Assembly (NCBI GenBank): GCA_003648635.1
Contig: QMPQ01000003.1
Location: 1-44,669 of the forward strand
Length of the DNA: 44,669 bases
Direction of reading: 5' to 3'
From: Bacteroidota bacterium
Lineage (GTDB): Bacteria; Bacteroidota; Bacteroidia; Bacteroidales; GCA-2748055
Every line of letters starts with the position of its first letter. Position 1 is the first letter of the stretch. The position numbers and the translations under genes were made by a program. Positions 37,170-44,669 of this stretch are shown piece by piece. The notes beneath the pieces were generated by a model. The model searched no databases. It had not been told where the DNA came from and saw nothing but the letters and a program-made list of their open reading frames with translations.

Positions 37170-37934
37170 ATGGATGACATATTTCAATATGGTTGGTCGG
37201 GGTTCAAGAAGTTTTTGAAAGAGAATAAGGTGGCCCTTCTCTATACACTGATTTTTCATTTGGTGGTCCTGATCATCTTTATTTTTGTAAAGGTGGACGG
37301 CCTGAAGAATGACAGGGAACTGGGGATCGAACTGGAATTTGAGGAGAAGACCATTGAGCAACTTCTTGCGGAGGAGGAGATTGATGTCCCGGCCGAATGG
37401 CTTGAGGAGCTCATGCGGCAACGAGAACTCTCCAGCAACAGGGCTGTAAACCTGAATGCTGAAGAAAAGCTCAATGAAGATATTTCTACCAGTGATTATG
37501 TGAAAGATCTTCTGGACCAGATTGAGGAGGCCAGGAATGAGGAGGATCGTGATAAACTGGAGGAATTGCAAGCAATTCTAGCTTCAGCCGATTATGTTCC
37601 GCCTTCTTCAAAGGAGGAAGAGGAGAGCACTGTTTATGCCGGTCCAACCACCATCACTTTTGAATTCCTGGACTTACCTCTGAACAGGGGAAAGGTTGAG
37701 CTCACCGTTCCCGTTTACCGGTGCCAGGGATCCGGAGTAGTAAAAGTTGAGGTAGCCGTTGGCACTGATGGGCGTGTTCGTGAAGCCAGGGTACTGGAAC
37801 CCATTATTGGGTCCGACAGGGTATGTTTTGCCGATGCGGCGCTTTCAGCAGCACAATCTTCACAATTCAGGATAGAATTGAGCGCACCGGCTAAGCACAG
37901 GGCTATTATTACCTATTCTTTTGTAGCCCAATAG
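37170..37934 (+). CDS. TonB-like energy-transducer protein
   Basis: Single N-terminal TM with a TonB-type His (YTLIFHLVVL), acidic helical spacer, and C-terminal TonB_C-like fold PVYRCQGSGVVKVEVAVGTDGRV...ITYSFVAQ. TAATTTTG at 37156-37163 lies just before ATG 37170. Confidence 0.72.
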   Translation: MDDIFQYGWSGFKKFLKENKVALLYTLIFHLVVLIIFIFVKVDGLKNDRELGIELEFEEKTIEQLLAEEEIDVPAEWLEELMRQRELSSNRAVNLNAEEKLNEDISTSDYVKDLLDQIEEARNEEDRDKLEELQAILASADYVPPSSKEEEESTVYAGPTTITFEFLDLPLNRGKVELTVPVYRCQGSGVVKVEVAVGTDGRVREARVLEPIIGSDRVCFADAALSAAQSSQFRIELSAPAKHRAIITYSFVAQ

Positions 37935-37941
37935 GCAAGCC

Positions 37942-38934
37942 TCAGAGGGAGTTCCAGAGCTGCCTGGTCGCAGAGGCCATTCCATCCAGATCTTGCTCCA
38001 TCATACATTTGAAATGGCTCTTGGGGCATTTTTGATATCCTATTTTTGAGCAGGGTCGACAGGAGAGTGCGCTTACTTCAAATTGAACTGAGGAAGGATC
38101 GGCCCTGAAAGGGTACATACCAAAACGTGGTACCGTATTGCCCCAGACCGATATTATCTTCTTTTGAAAAGCTGCTCCGATGTGCATTAAGCCTGTATCA
38201 TTAGTCAGCAGCACCCTGGCCTGTCTGATCAGTGAAGCAGATTGATGAATACTGTACGCACCACAGCCGTTCAGGATGTCCTTTCCCGGGAGAGCGGAGA
38301 CGATTTGTTCACCACGCTCACGGTCCTCCGGTCCTCCAAGGATTATCACGGGATAGTCCAGTTTTTGACATAGTTCTATCAGGGATTCAAGAGCTAATTT
38401 TTTAGTTTCGTGCTGGGCTCCAATGGAGAGCCCCACGTAGCCCTTTCTGAAAGGTTCAGGCAGGGAATGGATATCGACCTCGCTTTTTTCAGGGATGAAA
38501 TAATCAAGACCCCCGTCATCCTGTTCTTCAATAAAGGACCGGATGGTATCGAGATTACGGTCGACCATATGCCGGTCTGGTAAGCGCTCTATTTTGAAAG
38601 TGACATAGAGCCACTTAAGCCAGTTTAGTTTATGAACCGAAAATGCGATGCGTTTCAATCCATATTTGATACGGGCCGAACGGAGATTGTGATGAAGATC
38701 GATGACAAAATCGATTTCTTCTTTCCTGAGCAAATCAATGCAGGTTTTAATATCACCATCAAAGGCATGAATACGGTCAATATATGGATTCGCTTCAAGA
38801 AGGGACTTGTAGGCCGATTTAGTAAGATAATGAATTTCAGCATTTTCCACCTGCTGCTTCAGATGACGAACTACAGGAGTAGTGAGCACAATGTCCCCGA
38901 TAGAACTGAAGCGGACAACCAGGAATTTAACCAT
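37942..38934 (-). CDS. Glycosyltransferase family 9 (heptosyltransferase WaaC/WaaF-like)
   Basis: VRFSSIGDIVLTTP, IDLH, TNDTGLMHIGAA, WGNT and CRPCSKIG...CPKSHFKCM motifs. Confidence 0.92.
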   Translation of the reverse strand: MVKFLVVRFSSIGDIVLTTPVVRHLKQQVENAEIHYLTKSAYKSLLEANPYIDRIHAFDGDIKTCIDLLRKEEIDFVIDLHHNLRSARIKYGLKRIAFSVHKLNWLKWLYVTFKIERLPDRHMVDRNLDTIRSFIEEQDDGGLDYFIPEKSEVDIHSLPEPFRKGYVGLSIGAQHETKKLALESLIELCQKLDYPVIILGGPEDRERGEQIVSALPGKDILNGCGAYSIHQSASLIRQARVLLTNDTGLMHIGAAFQKKIISVWGNTVPRFGMYPFRADPSSVQFEVSALSCRPCSKIGYQKCPKSHFKCMMEQDLDGMASATRQLWNSL

Positions 38935-39744
38935 TTACATAAGGTCCTTGAAGAAAAGAATAAGGGCAAGCCAGTACTCGGTGTTATACTCATAATCCAC
39001 AGAGAAAGAACGAGTGCCACGTTCCCCTTCACCCTGTTTGGGTTCAAAAAGGGTGACATAGTCTATATCAATGCCCGAAGCCAGTTCCGAGACATAAGGG
39101 AACTCGGCTTTACTGGAGGTAATAAACACGGGTTTATTCAGATCTGAGATGGCATCCTGAATCTTGATTTCAGGCATAAAGTATTCGCCCGGACTCACTG
39201 CAATCACAGCCCTGACAAGGCTATCAGAAAGTGCAACTTTCAGACTCAGGGAGCCATTGGCACCGCTTCCAAACAGCACTACTGGAAGGTTTGACTTCTC
39301 ACCGACATACTTGATGGCTGCCAACATATCCTGTTCGATTTCGCTGAGGCCGGATTCAAGATGCTTCTCCCGAAGTTGTTTAGCTGTTTGATTGGAGACA
39401 AAATTGTCATTTCCTCCGTTTCGAAGGTCAAGGGCCAAACAGTTATAATCCAGTTTACAGAGCCTGCGTGCAATGGTGCTATACTCACCTCTGCTGGAGC
39501 CCTGTTCGTGGAAAAGCAATACGTAGGGCTTGAAGGGATCAATGATATATTCGTCTGCGGTGAGCTCAAGACCGTCGTCGGCAGTGAATGTAATTGTCTT
39601 TACACGAATTGTATTAAAGGAGCTGAAAATAAAAGTAAAAAATAAGATGCCTGCCAAAGATACAAGCAAAATAGCTTTGCTCCTCAGACCACTATGTCTT
39701 TGCTGTTTCTGCAAGAACGATGATTTTGTTATTTTTTGCCTCAA
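38935..39744 (-). CDS. Exported alpha/beta-hydrolase-fold protein (dienelactone-hydrolase-like) with apparently degenerate catalytic residues
   Basis: TFTADDGLELTAD, LLFHEQGSSRGEY, LALDLRNGG, elbow LFGSGANG, AVIAVSPGEY and KPVFITS, with a hydrophobic N-terminal segment. No ATG start; the TTG start overlaps atpC. Confidence 0.75.
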   Translation of the reverse strand: MRQKITKSSFLQKQQRHSGLRSKAILLVSLAGILFFTFIFSSFNTIRVKTITFTADDGLELTADEYIIDPFKPYVLLFHEQGSSRGEYSTIARRLCKLDYNCLALDLRNGGNDNFVSNQTAKQLREKHLESGLSEIEQDMLAAIKYVGEKSNLPVVLFGSGANGSLSLKVALSDSLVRAVIAVSPGEYFMPEIKIQDAISDLNKPVFITSSKAEFPYVSELASGIDIDYVTLFEPKQGEGERGTRSFSVDYEYNTEYWLALILFFKDLM

Positions 39745-39940
39745 TCACGCCACCATCCACCTTAAAAAATGTGGTAAGCCCCTTGACATCTACAATTTTA
39801 ATTTTGCCTTGTTCAAGGGTAGAGATAATGGGAGCATGGTTCCTGAGGATCTCAAATGAGCCTTTGGAGCCGGGTACCTGGACCAGGTCCACCTCTCCCG
39901 AGTATAATTTTTGATCCGGTGCAATAATCTCAAGCAACAT
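39692..39940 (-). CDS. atpC: F1 ATP synthase subunit epsilon (beta-sandwich domain only)
   Basis: LEIIAPD...VPGSKGSFEILRNHAPIISTL...GGVIE...IIVLAE. 82 aa, directly downstream of atpD. Confidence 0.95.
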   Translation of the reverse strand: MLLEIIAPDQKLYSGEVDLVQVPGSKGSFEILRNHAPIISTLEQGKIKIVDVKGLTTFFKVDGGVIEAKNNKIIVLAETAKT

Positions 39941-39946
39941 ATCACA

Positions 39947-41587
<1,641 letters not shown>

Positions 41588-41644
41588 TTATTTGAAACCG
41601 AAAGCCCTCAATTTTCGTAGAATCAAATTCTAAACCCGAAGCAC

Positions 41645-42235
41645 GTGAGAATTTCCCATGCCATTAGGAGTTCATTGTTAATATCTGCCTTGTTCATGAT
41701 GACCTGTTTGGATGGCTCGGCTCAGATAAGCAGGATAGGGGCTGGATTTGCATTCTCTACTCCAGTTGACTTTAATTATGGGGAGACAGGAAATCCCGGC
41801 ATTGTGGTGAAGACCTGGATCACCTTGAATAAAGCAAGCACCTTTCATGTAGTCCCTTCTGTAACGGCATACAACCGGTACAAATTTGAAACGGGGTATT
41901 CTATTTTGACCAATTATATGTTCCAGGGAGATCTGGATTTTCAATATACCCTGTTCCATGAGGAAACTGTAAAACTTGTGGCTTTTGCAGGAGGAAACGT
42001 GACCTATCTGAATTCAGATTTTGAACCTCTCATAGTTACAGGAAATGAGACCATTACCGATACAGCAGATTTTGCATTAGGAGGGAATGTGGGGATGGCT
42101 CTTGAATTGAGAATGGGCCCGAAATGGGACTTTTATATCAGCGGAAAATATACTTTCTCGCAATACTCCACGTTTGTTATTTCGGTGCAGGGGGTGTACT
42201 ATTTTAAAACCAGGAGAAGAGCATACAAGAGATGA
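41645..42235 (+). CDS. Small (about 8-stranded) outer-membrane beta-barrel protein
   Basis: Signal peptide ...DGSA|Q and alternating beta-strands (FQGDLDFQY, AFAGGNVTY, LGGNVGMALE, FYISGKYTF, FVISVQGVYYF). GTG start. Confidence 0.7.
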   Translation: MRISHAIRSSLLISALFMMTCLDGSAQISRIGAGFAFSTPVDFNYGETGNPGIVVKTWITLNKASTFHVVPSVTAYNRYKFETGYSILTNYMFQGDLDFQYTLFHEETVKLVAFAGGNVTYLNSDFEPLIVTGNETITDTADFALGGNVGMALELRMGPKWDFYISGKYTFSQYSTFVISVQGVYYFKTRRRAYKR

Positions 42236-42295
42236 TTTTTTATATCTTTAATCACTATATATTGAGTATTAACCTGTTTCAGAATTGATATAGAT

Positions 42296-43474
42296 ATGGC
42301 AAGCTTAAGTTTTTTACTTGGGATGATACCCGGTACCGAGAAGGTAGAAACAGCGGATGATCAACTAAGAGCAGATTATAAAGCATTTAAGGATTATGAA
42401 GTTTCAGATGAACTGAAGCACTACCTTGATATAGAGAAGGAAGTAAAATCAAGTGATTTTGCCCTTAGGAAGAGAAGGATACTTAAGGAGAAGTATAAGG
42501 CCTCTGAAGCGTTCAGGAAAGAGCTTCGATATAACCAGCTAATGAAGCGCTCCAAGGGTGATGAGAAATCAGAAGAATTGGGAAAGCTTGATGAGTATAT
42601 CGATTCGGAAGAATTTATCAAGCAGAAGCAATACCTGACCATGAAGCCTGCCGAGCGGTATGAGACCACAAATGAATATCAAAAAGAAACAGAATATAAA
42701 ACACTTAAGAAATCGGAGAAGGTTGTATGGTATTACAAAACAAAAAAGAAGTACCCTTTCAAAGAGATTGAAAGATGGGACCTGACCTTTGATGAGAAGT
42801 TCAATGAGAGTAAGCTGAATACTTCCAAGTGGATGACTCAGAATTTCTGGGGCGAAAAGAGTATGGATGAACCCTATGCAATGGAAGATGACAGGAGCTT
42901 CCCAAGCAATGGAGACAACATTGAATTCTATGATAATAAGCTAAGAATTGTTACTAAGCCAGGTAAAGCAGAAGGCCTGGTCTGGAGGACTGAGCAGGGA
43001 TTTGTTCGCGAAGCTTTTGATTTTACTTCGGGAATGATCAGCACGGCTAAGAGTTTCAAGCAAAAATATGGGGTTTTCAATGCCAAAATTAAGATGGCAG
43101 GCGGCTCTGTGGCCCAGGCGTTCTGGATGGTGTCGGAGACTATGCTCCCTCATATTGATGTGGCCCGTTTCGAAAACGGGAAGCTTTATTCCAACTACTT
43201 CTGGGGAGGGGGATCATCAGCACATAAATCCCTTTCAAAAACCGGTGGTGCCAAGTATGCAGATGAGTATTTTATTTACACCCTGGAGTGGACACCCAAT
43301 AAACTGACCTGGAAGATCAATGGTAAGATATTTAAGACGCAGACCTCTGGTGTTCCTCAGGAAGAAATGTACATCAATTTCTCGTCCAATCTGAAGAAGG
43401 ATGCTGCTGAAAGCGGACTTCCCTCTGCCATGGAGGTTGACTGGATAAGGGTATATAAGCTGAAGGAAAAGTAG
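42296..43474 (+). CDS. GH16-fold (laminarinase-like) protein with N-terminal helical repeats and degenerate active site
   Basis: WDLTFDEKF, FTSGMIST, FKQKYGVFNAKIK, AFWM, YTLEWTPNKLTWKING and PSAMEVDWIRVY define the GH16 jelly roll. The catalytic ExDxxE position reads HIDVAR. Confidence 0.85.
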   Translation: MASLSFLLGMIPGTEKVETADDQLRADYKAFKDYEVSDELKHYLDIEKEVKSSDFALRKRRILKEKYKASEAFRKELRYNQLMKRSKGDEKSEELGKLDEYIDSEEFIKQKQYLTMKPAERYETTNEYQKETEYKTLKKSEKVVWYYKTKKKYPFKEIERWDLTFDEKFNESKLNTSKWMTQNFWGEKSMDEPYAMEDDRSFPSNGDNIEFYDNKLRIVTKPGKAEGLVWRTEQGFVREAFDFTSGMISTAKSFKQKYGVFNAKIKMAGGSVAQAFWMVSETMLPHIDVARFENGKLYSNYFWGGGSSAHKSLSKTGGAKYADEYFIYTLEWTPNKLTWKINGKIFKTQTSGVPQEEMYINFSSNLKKDAAESGLPSAMEVDWIRVYKLKEK

Positions 43475-43548
43475 TACTCAGTTTGACAATTCAAAGTAAG
43501 ATCTCCTGCTTTGTCCGATTCCTAAATCATTACACAACAGTGAATCCA

Positions 43549-44669
43549 TTATTTAACATGAATTGTAATTTTCATCTGGTTCCAAATGTAATTATCTGCA
43601 TGTGACTGCCCTTTTTCGTTTTTCATTGCATCCGACCAAATCAACGTCATTTTAGTGCCATCTCCACTAATCCATTTTGGAGATAACTTTGGTTGATATG
43701 TCCTGTTCTTCTCATTGTCAACAATCCAATAATCTGTATAAAAGAATTCTTCCCATGGTCCATAAGGATTTTCTGAATACCAGAACCCCAGACTACCCGT
43801 CTCAGTATGCATCCAGGCATCATAATAATCCTTATCAGAATCTGTCATACCATGACCTGCATATGTGCCTCCGTTGACCATGATATAAAGGCCCAGTCCT
43901 TCATTCCAAACAACCGATGGTAACCAGGAGTACCATCCGAAAAAATGACCCTCTGAACTTTTATCAGGATACTCAACTGCATAACCACGCTTAGTAATGT
44001 CGTCAGACCATTTGGCTTGGTTATTTCCATCATAGTTTGTGAAATATTGCCATTCATCTCTGACACCAATTTTCTCTTTTGCCATTCTGGCAAGGGTAAG
44101 TTTATTTGCCTTTGCACCTTCGGGCGAATAAATATAAACGAATCCATCTTTGGTGGCTCTGCTATTTTGTCCATTTTGTACAAAATCAACAAAAGAAAAG
44201 GGGTACGCCTGTTGTTCCTGATGTGGCATACCATATTCTTCCAGAAAAAACATCTCTTCATTATTTACTACATTTCTCATGCTGTCCATTACGCCAAGCA
44301 ACAACTCATCACCATTTTTGTCAATCCGGTTCCAGGAAGCACCATTATCGGATGATTTCAATAATTTAATTCCTGTAAATGGTCCCGACCAACTTGTGCC
44401 CGGAGTTTTGGAAATTATAGAATACAAATCGTCATCAACTGACACAATTCCATACCCAAACCAACTGCCTTCTCCTCCACTAAAATCAGGATAATTGGGA
44501 ATATCTTCTCGTTGAAAATCTTCTGCTTCTCCATTTATTCGAAATAAATGATTATGAAAACCACCATGCGGATTATCAAGTTTGAGCCAATTTCCATCGC
44601 ACATCGATACAACCTGCGATCCGTCTTTTGCCCAGGTTATACACCAATTATCGCCACCGGCACCCAATC
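43549..44669 (-). CDS. DUF4185-like beta-propeller putative glycoside hydrolase; 5'-truncated by the window
   Basis: GDNWCITWAKDG...CDG, Asp-box SSDNGASW, FVQNGQN...DGFVYIYS, PSVVWNEGLGLYIM, SENPYGPW and PKWISGDG motifs. The frame stays open to the window end. Confidence 0.6.
   Translation of the reverse strand, partial: LGAGGDNWCITWAKDGSQVVSMCDGNWLKLDNPHGGFHNHLFRINGEAEDFQREDIPNYPDFSGGEGSWFGYGIVSVDDDLYSIISKTPGTSWSGPFTGIKLLKSSDNGASWNRIDKNGDELLLGVMDSMRNVVNNEEMFFLEEYGMPHQEQQAYPFSFVDFVQNGQNSRATKDGFVYIYSPEGAKANKLTLARMAKEKIGVRDEWQYFTNYDGNNQAKWSDDITKRGYAVEYPDKSSEGHFFGWYSWLPSVVWNEGLGLYIMVNGGTYAGHGMTDSDKDYYDAWMHTETGSLGFWYSENPYGPWEEFFYTDYWIVDNEKNRTYQPKLSPKWISGDGTKMTLIWSDAMKNEKGQSHADNYIWNQMKITIHVK

Noticed and set aside
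39692-39744. Possible +1 frameshift fusing atpC to the hydrolase-fold ORF at an A6 run
   Set aside because: atpC ends at the normal length for short epsilon subunits, alternative TTG/CTG starts explain the downstream ORF, and no stimulatory signal is evident.

Overview
Gene-dense, mostly housekeeping 44.7-kb segment of a Bacteroidota genome, most likely Bacteroidales. The assignment rests on TAnnTTTG -7 promoter elements, A-rich starts without Shine-Dalgarno sequences, signal peptides cleaved before Gln, and Bacteroidota-type arg and atp genes. Left to right it holds: the 3' end of a TonB-plug-containing protein; a secreted Xaa-Pro dipeptidyl-peptidase; tRNA-Val(GAC); an OMP, class IV aminotransferase and MacB-like ABC permease block behind a sigma54-type promoter; a lone receiver protein; yceD-rpmF-plsX-fabH; a bactofilin-atpZ-atpI-like-atpBEFHAG operon; carB; an ArgR-boxed argR-argA(GNAT)-argG-proC-argE-argH-proB-proA operon; carA behind a thioredoxin-like gene; a polyprenyl synthase; a DUF2723/TMEM260-like membrane protein; a divergent SUI1/YciH homologue; a metallopeptidase/propeller/barrel OM protein; a TonB-like protein; GT9; an alpha/beta-hydrolase-fold protein; atpC-atpD; a small OMP; a GH16-fold protein; and a DUF4185-like gene cut by the window edge. 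I found no CRISPR array, rRNA, transposase or integrase. The most notable points are: (i) an arginine operon lacking argB/C/D/F but carrying proCBA, lying between carA and carB; (ii) two apparent pseudoenzymes near atpDC; (iii) a possible TonB-energised peptidase-barrel module; and (iv) a candidate protein O-mannosyltransferase. All family calls come from recognising motifs by eye; no database search was run.
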